NCBI GenBank assembly: GCA_013265495.1
Contig: MU059523.1
Coordinates: forward strand, 1,533,761-1,597,760
DNA length: 64,000 bases
Direction of reading: 5' to 3'
DNA from: Vicugna vicugna
Taxonomy: Eukaryota
In this document: positions 26,079-38,690 of the stretch, piece after piece
Layout of the letters: each line of letters begins with the position of its first letter
How positions within the stretch are numbered: the first letter of the stretch is position 1
Translations under genes and position numbers: made by a program
The notes under the pieces: generated by a model
The model's input: the letters and a program-made list of their open reading frames with translations, nothing else
Databases searched by the model: none
Told to the model about the DNA's origin: nothing

Positions 26079-26499
26079 AGTACTCACTAAATATTACTAA
26101 CCAATAAATCTAAAATCTTACCAAACTGTAACCACATGTTTTTCTTTTATATGGTCTTGACTTTCTACCTCTATTCCTATTTTTCCTCATCCTAATTTTC
26201 ATTTCTGTATTGCACTTTTATGATGTATGCTTGCTGAATTTCACCTAAAATCCTTTATTAAAGGAGGAAGAGATTATGTAAAATTGCTTCATCTCATTAA
26301 TTCTGCTTATATTTTCTTTCATGCTAATTGAATACCAAACATTATCTACTCATGAATTTATATGCTCATTTATAATCTGCTCATTTATAACTTGCTTCCA
26401 TAGGACATGAAAAGATAGACTCAATACCAAGAAACAATTTTCTATTTAAGAGAATGGATTACAAAATTAATTATAATTTGTATTTTTAAATACGGACTT

Positions 26500-26852
26500 G
26501 TTATACTCGTGACAGAGACCACAACACTGTGTAATTCTCCCACACTATCAACTGTTAGACTATGTTCTACCTATGGGACTAGTAATGGCCGTGGAATATG
26601 AGCAAAAGTAGTGAAAAAGCCCACTCCTAAACCGTCCCTAAGGGTCCTCCAGGCTCTCACAGCCATTTTCTCCCCACAAGCTACAGAGGGCCCAACTGAA
26701 GACTCGAGGCCTTAGAAGATGGTAGGAGCCTTGTTTGGAGGTTGCCTGAACATCCATTGGACAATGAGATGAGCTCGAAATAAATCTTCAGTATGTTAAG
26801 CCACCAAGATTCTGGGATTGTTAATGAAATCAATTAACTTATTCAAATTAAT
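26500..26852 (+). mobile_element. Diverged MLT1-type LTR fragment
   Basis: 3' end gaaataaatcttcagtatgttaagccaccaagattctgggattgtt is characteristic of MLT1. Confidence 0.55.
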
Positions 26853-27017
26853 ACAATGAGCCTTGCAGATAAGAAAGTTGCTAGTTTATGCGATTAAGAT
26901 TTTTTTTAAATAATAAATAAATCAACCCTATTTCCCTTGAAGGTATAAAGGTAATAAAAATGAATTCTTCCTTAACTTGTACACAAATACAATCTAGTTA
27001 AAGGATAGATTACACTA

Positions 27018-27150
27018 GGTGAGAGGATACAGCTCAGTGGTAGAGACTGTGCTTAGCATGCTTGAGGTTCTGGGTTCAATTCTCAGCACCTCTGTTAAAA
27101 AAATAAGAAATAAATGAACCTAATTACATCTCTTCCAAAAAAAGAAACAA
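27018..27150 (+). mobile_element. tRNA-derived SINE (camelid type)
   Basis: A-box cagctcagtgg, B-box ggttcaattc, then aaataaatgaacctaattacatct and an A-rich tail. Confidence 0.85.
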
Positions 27151-27820
27151 ATAGGATTATCTCTTGGGATCGTCTTGCATCATGAAAGTCTCACAGTTAC
27201 TAGCAAAAGTAGGAAAATATCGCTAAATTATAATCAAATTAGCTCAAAACTGAGAATTCACTTTAACACAACAAAAAAGCTGCATATCATATCACTGTAT
27301 GCTAACATTCTCTTAGCATCTTACACAAATATTTGAAATACAAATCTTAAGTCTGGGATACAAAATTTTCTAATAAAAAGTTTTAATAACTAGAACTATG
27401 GTAAATATATTTAAATATAAGTATATAAATGTTTAAGTAGTATGAAATCTTGCACAAATTAGTTCACTTTCTTTCTACCACTTTCTTTTTCCTTTCTGAC
27501 ATTTCAAAGATTAAGGCCAAGAATCTTTCCCGAAATATCAACTACCCTTTTGGACATTTTGTAGTCCTTCCCCAATCAACTAGTTTTCAAATTCACCCCA
27601 GAAAACATTTCTTATAGAAATATGCTATATTTCTTATTTCAGAATCTAATTATAACAAATTTTACAACTCAGGTAGTCCAATTGTACTTTCCTAAGTGTT
27701 GTCAGTGGCACCAAAATCCCCAAATAAGTTCATTATAAGTGACCACTTCTAGAAATTAGAGATTAAAGGAACTATAAATTAAATATCACCCCAAACACAT
27801 CTAATTCCCAGTCCACCTAC

Positions 27821-27957
27821 TTGCATCATGAACTCTCTCAATGTTGAAGGCTCTACTATGTTGATTCAAACTTAGCTGCTGTTCATGAAGGTCGACAGGA
27901 ACAGGGTTGATGCCGGTCCCTTCAAGGTATAACCTGATTCGCTGCCTCCACAACCAT
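27821..27957 (-). CDS. NADK2: NADK2 exon 6
   Basis: ttttaag|A TGG...GCA A|gtaggt. WLWRQRIRLYLEGTGINPVPVDLHEQQLSLNQHSRAFNIERVHDA. 137 nt. Confidence 0.98.
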
Positions 27958-29385
27958 CTTAAAAGAGTGAAGGGAAAAGCAAATTAACACAGAATAAATT
28001 AACTAAGGATTATAATTAGCCAAATTAAAACACTCCTATTAAAAAACTAGTTATTCAATAAACAAATTATATCATAAATACCTTTGTACTGCTCAAAGAC
28101 AGATTTAGGCATTTATTTCTCTTCTCAATTATAATGGAACTATCTAATGTGTCTATACAAAACTGCCTAAATGACTTAAATTAAAGTCAAATTCTTTATT
28201 GAGTATTCATTAAACCCAACATGCTGAGCTAAATACAGTTGTGTTTTGCTCATCAAAAAGTATAACATATAAAAAAAAGCATTCTGAACTTAAAATGATA
28301 CTATGCTAAGGTGGTCAGATTAGATAAAAATCCCTTAAAATTTATAACGATGCTTTTCCCTCTCCTAAAATCTGTAATGATGCTTTTTTTTTAAAGTAAG
28401 AGAAAAAAGAATAACAAACACTATAACACTTAAGATTACACCAAAACTTAAATGACATTTTTGGTGAAAGTAAAGAAAAAAAAAGAATCAGGTTTAACTG
28501 ATTTCAAAATCAAATACTGATGTATCAAGAAGCCAACGGGACAGATTCTAGTAGATAAGTATACAAAAATATACTCCCACTTGGTAGCTATAAATTGGTT
28601 ATTTGTAGAGATGCCAAACTTCTGAAATGACTAGAATCATTATTAACAAAACAATTCCAGAAGACAAGAAGATTTAATACCATTTCACAAATACCTGGAG
28701 AAAAAGCTTTCTCAAACTATAAAAGCCAGGCTAAGTACTCAAACTTGGCTCTCTCTAATACAACTGGCCAACCTCATCTCAGCTCCCACCTCTACCCTCC
28801 TCTTTTCAGGACCGTCTGACCACAAAACAAATTAAGTGAAAGAAATATGAAAAAACACATCCACTGCTTAAGAAACACTTAACATAGAGACAGCAGGAAT
28901 CCCAGCATGGTTGGAGAAATTCCAACTCTCAGTCATTCCGGATGGGAGAAGATGAGGATAAAAAAATGTACAAACTCAGAGAATCTGAACACTCAATTTT
29001 AGCCACCAGTTTTAATCATCCTTCTACCAAACTGCTAAAAACATTTAACAAGTTTAGGAAAGTAGAGACATGGCCTCTCTCTCACTGAAGGAGAGAAACC
29101 TCTATTTGCAATTACATTACAGGCCAAGTAGCATTTGGCAGAGTTTCTCCATACAGTTCCAACTGGACTGGAAGAAGGCAAGTTAGATGTGTTTGTAACT
29201 CAAATTATGTAATATTTTTCTGGCTACTGTTGAAACTGTAGACTAATCCAAACATTATCTAATTTGTTCTGTTTAACAGCAGTTTTAATGGCACACATTA
29301 ATAAGTACATAACAATAATAAGATTACTATTATTATCTTATTACCTTAATAGGATATTTGCAGAATAACAGTAAGAAATTCCTAC

Positions 29386-29469
29386 CTGAACTCACCACGA
29401 TAGAACTTCTGTAAGGCTTCTGGGAAGGAATGCGTATATCGAACAGGAAGACATAAATGACCTTCAGAT
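29386..29469 (-). CDS. NADK2: NADK2 exon 5
   Basis: taaaaag|A TCT...TTC AG|gtagga. SEGHLCLPVRYTHSFPEALQKFYRGEF(R). 84 nt. Confidence 0.98.
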
Positions 29470-30459
29470 CTTTTTAAAAGGGATTTGGATGGTGCAAAAG
29501 GAAGAAGAAAAAAAAGTACTTAATTCAAAAGGTATCACTAAACTACAAAAATTAGATATAAAATTTTAAAAATTCTACTCTAGACTTCATTTTGCCACAA
29601 AATCGTCTGCAATTTCAACAAGAACAAACAAACAAAAAAAACCCAGGTAGAAACAGTTGACATTCAGCTTTAATGACATAATACACAATACTACCTAAGT
29701 TTCCACATTACAGTGAATCTAAAAATGACAGCAAATTTGCCACTGATTGATTTCCCTGCAAAATTATCTATTGGTATAGTGGTGTTTGCATCTTACCTTT
29801 AAGTTATTTAACTGTTAACTTTGGGTAAGTTACGTTAGCTTAATCAGCTTCCTCATCTCTAACATGGCAATAAAACTATCAAGCTCAAAAGGTTATTCTG
29901 AGGAATCAATTTATGAGAAACTGTTTTAAACCATAAATTCTTTTTAAATGTCATTTAAGATATTCCAGGTCAGTAAGAAACTCAGAAAGATTAATACAAT
30001 GCAATCCTTCATTTATTTAAAAATATATAAGGATGAACTCCTTCAAAGAGTTAATGGCTTTATGTGGAAGACAGAAATTTTTTTAAAAATCATAAGTTAT
30101 AAAGTGTTAAGATTGCCTACAGGTTGCTATAGAAGATGAGATGATACAGAATCTAACGTGAGGAAAAGGGTCCAGAAAGCCCAATCATCATTTACATGAT
30201 GCTTCAATCTTGAGGGAAAGGCTGAAAGTAGGCCTGGCAAAACAAGTCCTTACTAATGACTATAAATTAACTTACAAATGTGAAGAGCAGAGAAAAAGGT
30301 TTTTACAAAGTTGTGACTAATCGATAATTTACCTAAGAGAGTCAACATTGAGGTTAAGAAACTTAGTCAGGGAATAGGTTTTTAAAATTTTTATATTTAT
30401 TGCAATACTTGTACACAGTGCTAAGATTATAAGTTATCAACAGTCATCTGATAGTCACC

Positions 30460-30830
30460 TGACCTACCTGAGGTCAACTGCAATTCTAAAATACTCTAGA
30501 GAGAAGAATCTAGACTTGGCCTGAAGGATTCACTTTCAATGTGGCTTATTCTCTGGTGCTAGCTGCTGGCAAGAGGCCTCAATTCCCTTTGTATGAGCAT
30601 CTCCACGTGAGGGCTGCTTTGGTACCCTCACATCATGATGGCTGACTTGCTACAGAATGAGCAATCCAAGAGACCAATACAGAAGCTGCAATACCATTTA
30701 TGACCTGGCCTTGGAATCCACACACTGTCATATGATATTCTAATTGGTCCCAAAGATCAGCCCTGATTGAATACAGAAGTGGGAAGGGAACCACATAGGT
30801 ATAAATACTAGGAGATTGGCTATCATATGC
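30460..30830 (-). mobile_element. MLT1-type LTR fragment
   Basis: ggcaagaggcctcaattcc...gagcaatccaagagacc...agaagctgcaata...ttatgacctggccttggaa, the antisense MLT1 pattern. Confidence 0.6.
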
Positions 30831-30934
30831 CTTCTATACCATTTTGATTATTAAGCATTTAAACATCATAATTATTTACAGGGGTCAGTATAGTGGTACA
30901 GAATACAGAAGAGATAACTAAAATTATGTATTTA

Positions 30935-31183
30935 ATTTAGAGGAGTCCATGTGAGTGATCTATCTTAGAAGTAGATCCTCCAGCCCAAGTCAAACCTTCA
31001 GATGCCTGCAGCCCCAGGTGACACCTGACTATAACCTCAGAGAGATCCCAAGTCAAAACCACGCAGCTAAGCTCTTCCTGGATTCCTGACACACAGAAAC
31101 CAGGAGAAATAATAAATGATCATTATTGTTTTATGCCTCTAAGTTTTGGGATAATTTGTTATGGTGCATTTGATAACTAATAC
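30935..31183 (+). mobile_element. MLT1 LTR 3' half
   Basis: ccagcccaagtcaaaccttcagatgcctgcagcccc...ctaagttttgggataatttgttat...gataactaataca. Confidence 0.75.
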
Positions 31184-31740
31184 AGAGAAGAAGAAACTTA
31201 AGTTGAACATTTAACTTCTAGGCTTATTTAAGGATTGTGAGACAATTCAGTGCTTATGAAAAAGAAGTCAGGCAACCTGTGTTACAGCTAGGAGGCTTAA
31301 TACATTTCTGCCTGGAGGCAAAAAGAGAAACCAAAAGACTTCTAGGATACATTATTCTAGGTAGAAATTAGAGAAGCAACACCTTCTACTTACCAGTTTC
31401 AAAATCCCTGCAAGCTAATGAGTATTAAGCCAGCTTTTAAAGGAAAATATATTTCAACAGACTGTATATAATGTGATCACTAAAGAATCTCTTCCTTTAA
31501 TAGTATAAAAATATGCCATTACGAAGTTCTAAAATACACATGCACCAACATTAAAGGCAATCAAAAAATAATTACTGAATCAATGATCTCAATTACTTAT
31601 GCCCAGGAAATATTTACCCAGCTAGCTTGGGGTCCTAGCCCTGCTCCCTAAAATCATTTAATTAATCATTCATTTTTCAAATGTTTATTGCCTACTCTGT
31701 GTAATACTGTGCTAGTGATAAAGAAATTAAAAGTCCTATA

Positions 31741-31867
31741 TTTGGGTGGGAGGGTATAGCTCAAGTGGTAGCACACATGCTTGACATGCACGAGGTCCCA
31801 GGTTCAATCACCAGTACCTCCTCCAAATAGAAATAAATGAATAATAAACCCAACTTTTTTTAAAAAA
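31741..31867 (+). mobile_element. tRNA-derived SINE (camelid type) with 12-bp TSD
   Basis: ggagggtatagctcaagtggtag...ggttcaatcaccagtacctcc. TSD aaaagtcctata at 31729-31740 and 31868-31879. Confidence 0.9.
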
Positions 31868-32216
31868 AAAAGTCCTATAATTAAGGAATTTATAGTGTAA
31901 TGGAAGAGACAAATAAGCAGAAAATATATGAAGAGATAAGCGCTCTCTGATAGGGAATCACAGTCAGAGCCAGGAGAGGCACTAGTCTTGAATGAACAAG
32001 AGCTACACAATGAGTAAGTGGTGTAAGGACACTCTAGGCAAAGGCATGAGAAAAACATGGGCCTTCTGGAGAAGTTGCACTTACTCTTTCACACCTTGCT
32101 ATCTTAAATATCAACAAAGCTCCTCACCAGAGTTAAAGCTGCCATATGGGAGCCTCCAACCATGGCATTAGGATGCTCACACATTACACTGCACTTAGAA
32201 CAGCCTCCAGTTTAGG

Positions 32217-32566
32217 GGAGGAGGGACTGAATGAAGGTAGTCAAAAGATATAAACTTCCAGTTAGAAGGTAAGTAAGTACTAGGGTTGTAATGTACAACA
32301 CAGTGGCATAGTTAACACTACTGTATGGTATATTTGAAAGTTATTAAGAGAGTAGATCCTAAGAGTTCTCATCATAAAGGAAAAAAACCTTTTTTTCCTT
32401 TTTTGTAGCTATAAGAGATGACAGATGTTAACTAAATTTATTGTGGTGATCATTTCACAACATGTGTAAGTCAAGTCATTCATCTGATGTACACCTTAAA
32501 CTTATACAGTGCTTAGATACCAATTATACCTCAATAAAACTGGGGGGAAATACAATTTTAAAAAAG
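32217..32566 (+). mobile_element. L1MA-like (L1MA9/10-type) 3' end
   Basis: gaaggtagtcaaaagatataaacttccagtt...gtacaccttaaacttatacagtg...caattatacctcaataaaactgggggaaa. Degraded TSD gaacagcct[ccag]tttagg on both sides. Confidence 0.8.
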
Positions 32567-34755
32567 GAACAGCCTTTAGGAAAGATTCTAGAATATTCCT
32601 AGAGTAGCACTAGTCTTTTTTTTTTTTTAGCTGAAGAATGTATAGTGCCTATGGGTAAATGAGGCTAGAAGAAACCAGAAAAGCAGACAGATAACAGATG
32701 GTGAAAGATCATATATAGTATGTTAAGGAATTTGCAATGTATCCTGAAAGTGATGGGGAAGCTCTAAAGGATTTTAATTAAGGAGTGGATACAATCAGAT
32801 TTGTACTTTAGAAAGAATACTACAGCAAAGTATAAAGGATGGGTTGGAAAGAACGAGACTGGAAGCTACTGCTGTAATTTAAACACAAACTAGAAAGGCC
32901 TGAGCTAAGTTTAATAGCAGTGAGGATGGCAAGAAATAAACTCAAAGGTAGGATCTCTAAAACTCATAACCAGATCCCTAGAACAATTTGATTAAAGGAG
33001 GGAAGGACATTTTGTCACAGCTTCAGCAGATGATCCATGCATCAAGATAGTATGTGAAAACAACAGTATTTGAGTAGTGACCAAAAAATAGGATCCTTCA
33101 AAAGAGATAGAGACATAGAGACAAAGAAGTAGCTACATAAACAGAAAGAAAGGGGTGTCATAAATGCCAAAGAAGTACAGATGCAACAAAGCACCAAAAA
33201 TTTCCCAGAAATCAAGGAAGAAAAGGAATATCCAGTAAGTTCAGGATATCAACTGTTATGTAAGGCAAAACCAGTGTCAATGAAGCAGTTAGGGGAAAAT
33301 CCAGAAAAGACTGCAAAGGTTTAGAAAATAACTGTGGAGTAAGAAAGTGGAGATACCAAGCCTGGGAGAAAAGGGAAGGAAAAGGGATAACAGCCTAGAG
33401 AAGAGGCAAAGGGTAAAAGATTTATTAAATTTTCTTGAAAGATGGCAGTCTTGAACAAGTTTTTAGGTTGTAAGCAATCATGTGCAAAAAGGAGACAGGA
33501 AAAAAGGGAACAAATGACAGAACAAAAAAAAATTTTTAAGGGGGAAAAAGTTGAAGTTCTAATCCAGTAGCCTCATTTCCTCCGAGATAAAGAAGGGTGT
33601 GTTAAAGGATGAAGGGTAAGGAAAGCAACGGGTACAGGGAAGCTGAGAACCACTCCTGAAGTAGCTACCACACAGAATGGGGATGAGGGATGACCTGGGC
33701 CACAGGGAAAGACTATTGAGTAACTTTGAGTGCTCAGATCTAAGAGCTAGAAATTACAAACTGGAAGTAAATTTGGGCAACCAAAGCCCAAACTTGGCCC
33801 CCAAGGCCAAATTCCTATGATTTTTTTTTTTCCCAGATGGCCTCAGCAGTGCTGATATAGGAACAGAAAGGATAATAGACTCATCTATGATTGAGCAGAA
33901 AGATAATGGTACAAAATATTTAAGAAATTTGTCAAGAAAGTGAATGAAGTGAGGGAGAATTAAGAGAAAAAAATGGAGTGGATCGACACACTGAAAGTCA
34001 AAGGGCAGATTTACTAGGATTGAGGGCATAAAGACTGCTGTTTTGAGAGATGGAGACCTTCTAGATGATCGCAAAGTCCAGGGATGATCATGGCTGTGGG
34101 TGGCTGGAATACAATAGGGATAAATGTCAGTGAAGCTGAGGAAAGGGAAAAAAATGATAATAGAGTTTGGTCTGTTTATTAAGTCACCCAGGAAATCAGT
34201 GAAGGCATAATCAGGAATGTAGACAAGAGCTATAGGAAGGGTAGAAGATGGAACATCATCAACTCATCCATCTTCAGCAACACCAAAAGTCACCAATCCT
34301 CACCTGGGTCAAGGGCTCAGATCTATTCTGCCAAAGACACTACTCCCAAACTATCTGGGAAGTCAAACATTGAGGACTTGTCCATCCCATATCATTTAAT
34401 TATCATATAACTTTCTACATGCAATGCCAGCTAAATACATATATATTTCTCATACTAGGCTAAAAAAGAGAGTTATGTCCTTGAAAATAACTACATAGAA
34501 GAGAAATCTACTATAGATAGAGATCAATTCTACATGCCTAAATTTCATCACTAAAATGATTTTGGAACATGGTTCTAACATTCACAATAGCCAGGAATGG
34601 TGATGCTTCCACTTAAACAGCATGCACCATAGTAAACTTCTTACAGCAACAAAATGAAGAGCTTCCAATATCTAAGACTTATCATAAACAGACACTATGC
34701 AAAGCAAAGCATAAACGTCTGTATAACACACACACACACAAAAAGTTTTCCTTAC

Positions 34756-34837
34756 CGTTCTGGGTCAGTGTTAACTCCAATAACCGGTTTTAGTCTGTCC
34801 AAGACTTTACTTGCTGCCAAAAGCATTGTGCCATCAC
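34756..34837 (-). CDS. NADK2: NADK2 exon 4
   Basis: tttag|GT GAT GGC...GAA CG|gtaagg. (G)DGTMLLAASKVLDRLKPVIGVNTDPE(R). Completes the GGDG motif. 82 nt. Confidence 0.98.
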
Positions 34838-35004
34838 CTAAAGGATGTAAGACATAACCAGACTTGTTATAAAACTAGTTTTTAACATTTTGAACACTAG
34901 TTCTTTTAACAAGCACACCCTCACCCCCTCCTGATGGCTGCCACAGTCTACTCCACTTCCTTTCTACACACTATCCCTTCTGTATTATCTCTCCCGCTCT
35001 AATG

Positions 35005-35158
35005 AAGAATTTCTCAACAGTGGTAAGATTGACCAGATAATTTTAGGCCAGATAATTCCTTGTTGTGGGAGGCTGTCCTGAGCATCGTAGGATGGGAGGC
35101 AGAATCCCTGTTCTATACCCATTAGATGCCAATAGTATCCCCCAGCTGGGAACCACTG
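35005..35158 (-). mobile_element. MER20, internally deleted
   Basis: ggccagataattccttgttgtgggaggctgtcctg...agatgccaatagtatccccc directly joined to gggaaccactg (terminal repeat). Confidence 0.8.
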
Positions 35159-35726
35159 TTCTAATCCTACCACTTCTACTAGCCAGTCCTCTTCCCCTCT
35201 CTCATAACATCAGTCCAAATTCACAAATTATTTTAATGAGAATATATCCAACAATAGAGTCCAATTTTGGATTTTTCTCTCCAAAAAATGTGAAAATTTA
35301 GAAAAAATGGTCACTAAAATAATAATAAAGTTCAGGATAAAAATAAGTGTAAGTATACTGGGGCCAAAGAGGGACAGAATTTATCTAATTTCATTAAATT
35401 CTTAAATTCAAACTTTTTTTAAGACTGACATAACTAAATCAAAACACAGCTGTAAATAATCCTTTGAATCATATTTGAAGTTAAATGTACACCTTAAATA
35501 TACACAAGAAAAATATGCACAGAACCTCACAGTAACATCATTCACTAGAAAAGCAGAATGTTCTCTGAAGCGCATCTTTTTAAACCTGACCCTAAAAATC
35601 AAAAAAAATTTGTCCTGTGGTAGGACTCCGAAGGCTTCACTACTGCTAGACCACAGGGTATTTGGAAATACTAGTATTAAAGAGCACTTCCATATTCAAA
35701 CACCTTTATCTCTGTAAAACTATTAC

Positions 35727-35815
35727 CTCCTGCAGCTATGACAGCATCTGCCCATCGAACAGTTTCTTCATCATATTCTCTCCTCTTTACTAGACGAACC
35801 TCAATTCCCTCTTTC
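35727..35815 (-). CDS. NADK2: NADK2 exon 3
   Basis: tatcttag|G AAA GAG...GGA G|gtaata. KEGIEVRLVKRREYDEETVRWADAVIAAG. 89 nt. Confidence 0.98.
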
Positions 35816-36621
35816 CTAAGATAAAAAAAGAAAGAGTATATAAAATTTCCACTAACATAAAGGAGTATGTTTTTTGAAAGGCAGATTATTATAATAAAGA
35901 TTTAAAATAAACAAATTTATGTTTAGCTTTGTAAAGTCAGCTTCATTTTCATTTAACTACACAACCAATTAACTAAGCCAGGAAGTAGTAAATAAACTAT
36001 CCCAAATCTCCATGTGCTTTTAAAACATCTTTTAAAGCCCCTGACAAACAGCAATATTGATTAATTAGAATTTCATTTTCTTTCCTCTTTCTAAAGCTAA
36101 AATTCATTAATACAAAATGGCCCAGAAGACTAACCCAACAAATACTGAGTGTCAGATACTGAAATTGTGACTAAAGTATGTTCTAATTTGCATGTCCTCA
36201 TACCAATTCTCTTGCATACACATAAACTTATGCATCGACTCATTTAGTCCTGAATTAACTACGGTTTCTAAAATTACAATTTTTAGACATTCAAAAAATA
36301 CTATAATGAATACCTATATAATTCTAAGAAATAAAACATTACTCATACAGTTGAAGCCTGCTGTGTACAAAATTAACTCTGTAGAAAAGGCACTTCTTAG
36401 GCAGACCAAATAATAATTGAAAATCTGTGAAATTTTCAGAATATAATAAAAATTTACTTATAAATATTATAATATCAGTTCCATGAGCCAGGACAATTTT
36501 TCAGAAAATAATTTTATAATGGCAAACTTTACTAAAAAATCTATGTATTAGCTGCTAGTAAAAATAGAAACTAAAAGTCCTAAATACAAAAGCCCACCCA
36601 TGGCTGATCCCACAGACTTAC

Positions 36622-36710
36622 CGTAAACTATCTAGAATATGTTCTACATTTTTGGTGTGAATATGATGTCGTTCAAGCAGTCCACTGTAGCTAGAGCCTT
36701 TCAATGCAAG
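36622..36710 (-). CDS. NADK2: NADK2 exon 2
   Basis: ataacag|CTT GCA...TTA CG|gtaagt. LALKGSSYSGLLERHHIHTKNVEHILDSL(R). 89 nt. Confidence 0.98.
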
Positions 36711-37364
36711 CTGTTATCAAAATAAAACAAATTTTGTCTTATTATATTATATATATTACATATTATATTTCTTTTAAAAAAGAATTTTTTTGAAGGTATA
36801 TATTAATGACCACCTGTGAAACCTACAATTGTAAACTTAACTAGAAAGTCTGGTTCTAGGAAGTCAATTTGGTTTTAATACCAAATACAGCATTAGGTTT
36901 CCTATAATGTATCAACAGGATCGCAAAAACTGTATGTTGTATAGCTTGAGTGTTTTATTTTTTAAGTGGATTTTTAACAAACTGTATATAGCTACTGAAG
37001 ACCAAAGATGAACTAGTATTTCAGAAGGCAGTTAGATGACCTTTGTTCCACATGGATTTGCAGCTCTCTTGTGTTCAGATTTATGAACTCTATTTGGAAT
37101 TTACACAATCCAAAAAAAGGATTTGTTAGCTCCCTGAGAATGGGTAACTTTTAGATATAAAGATATACAGCCTTCAAGAATTGTCTTTCCTAGTTATTTG
37201 GAGTGACATTTTATGTCATTTCTTATCATTAATATTTTTAAAGTGTATGTCTTCTGTGTAATCCATAAAGTTAAATGTTGAGAGAGAAGTTTCGAGACAT
37301 CCATTTAATCATCAAGTAGAAAATATGTCCACTAGAGTGAATGCTAGCATCAAAAAACATGTTA

Positions 37365-38690
37365 TTTTGGGGAGCACCAAAATTACAATTATTAGCAGAG
37401 AAACTATTGAGGAGAAAAACTGGAACACTGGCAGAAAAGATCTTCTACAACTAAAGATATGAGAGAACCACAAGATGGGTAAGAGGGGCAGAGACACAAT
37501 AAAGTCAAGACCCATACCCCGAGTGGGCAACCCATAAACAGGGAAAATAATTACAACTGCAGAAATTCTTCCCAAGAAGCCAGGAGTCTGAGCCTCACAC
37601 TAGGGTCCCCAGCCCACTGGCCCTGCACTGGGAAGATGAGTCCCCAGAACATTTGGCTTTGGATTCCCTTGATCCTAGCCCTGCCACCATGGGGACACCA
37701 ACTCCAGGGGAAAACCAACCCCAGGACAACTACATCCCTACAGCTTGCTGTATCAGGACCAGCCCACTCACCAACAGGTCAACACCAGCTCTGGGACACC
37801 TTGGGCCCCTCAGCCAGCTGCCTCAGGATCTGATGCCACCAACAGTAGGCTGACACCAGCTTTGGGACACTCCTGGCCCCACAGACAGTCATGTCAAGAA
37901 CCAGCCCTGCCCACGAGCAGGCGAATACTAGACCCAGGACCCCTGGCCCTACAACCACCCACTCCAGAACCCAGCTCTGCCCACTAGTGGGCCAGCACTA
38001 ACCAAAGGAACCCCAGGGCTCTGCAGCCAGTAGCCTTGTGACCCAGCCCAACTCAACAGCAGTTGGCAGCCATCATACAAGGCAAGGCCTGACAACCAAC
38101 CAGACATGGGGCCAGTCATGCCTACCAGATCATCACAACAGAAGGACCCATGCAGCCCACACAGGGGGCATCCCTGGAGCATACAGCTCTAATGACTAGA
38201 CTGGGACACACAGGACAAATACACTAGAAGGGATCAACATTACATTAGATGATTCAGAGGAGTAGATGAGCAAGTTTTGCTTGTCTGTAAAACTTTTGAT
38301 CTCTCCATCTAATCTGAATGAACTTAAGAGATTAGGAAATTTCATATGTATACAAGTTGCTAGATATAAACCTCAGAGTAGACACAAACCAAAAATCAGT
38401 AACAGATTCACACACAGAAAAAGGAAAGGAATCCAAACACTAAAGACAGTCATCAAGTCACAAGGGAAAAGAACAAAAGAAAGGAATAAAAAAGGACTAC
38501 AAAAACCACCCCAAAACAATTAACAAAATGGCAGTAAGCACATTCCTATAAATAATTACTTTAAGTGTAAATGGACTAAATGTTCCAATCAAAAGACAAA
38601 GAATGGATGGATACAAAACAAGACCCATATACATGCTGCCTCTATAGATACAATGGAATATTACTCATAAAAAATAATGAAATCTTGTTT
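37365..38690 (+). mobile_element. Rearranged L1: 5' UTR, ORF1 fragments (one inverted), ORF2 start and 3' fragment
   Basis: GC-rich L1 5' UTR with internal repeats. ORF1 coiled-coil remnant TLEGINITLDDSEE at 38221. Inverted ORF1 C-terminal remnant at 38275-38321. ORF2 endonuclease start MAVSTFL*IITLSVNGLNVPIKRQR near 38528. Confidence 0.8.

Larger units (their letters stand above)
31665..33300 (-). mobile_element. L2 fragment(s) interrupted by a SINE and an L1
   Basis: ttcatttttcaaatgtttattgcctact (L2 3' end, antisense) and ggaatttgcaatgtatcctgaaagtgatggggaagct...gatttgtactttagaaag. Distal boundary approximate. Confidence 0.65.

Noticed and set aside
27018-27095. tRNA gene (A/B boxes; similarly 31745-31820)
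   Set aside because: No intact cloverleaf is evident. There is an A-rich tail, and a TSD at the second copy. These are tRNA-derived SINEs.
37636-38523. Cluster of 65-85-aa ORFs
   Set aside because: They lie within the L1 5' UTR and ORF1 debris and are not host genes.
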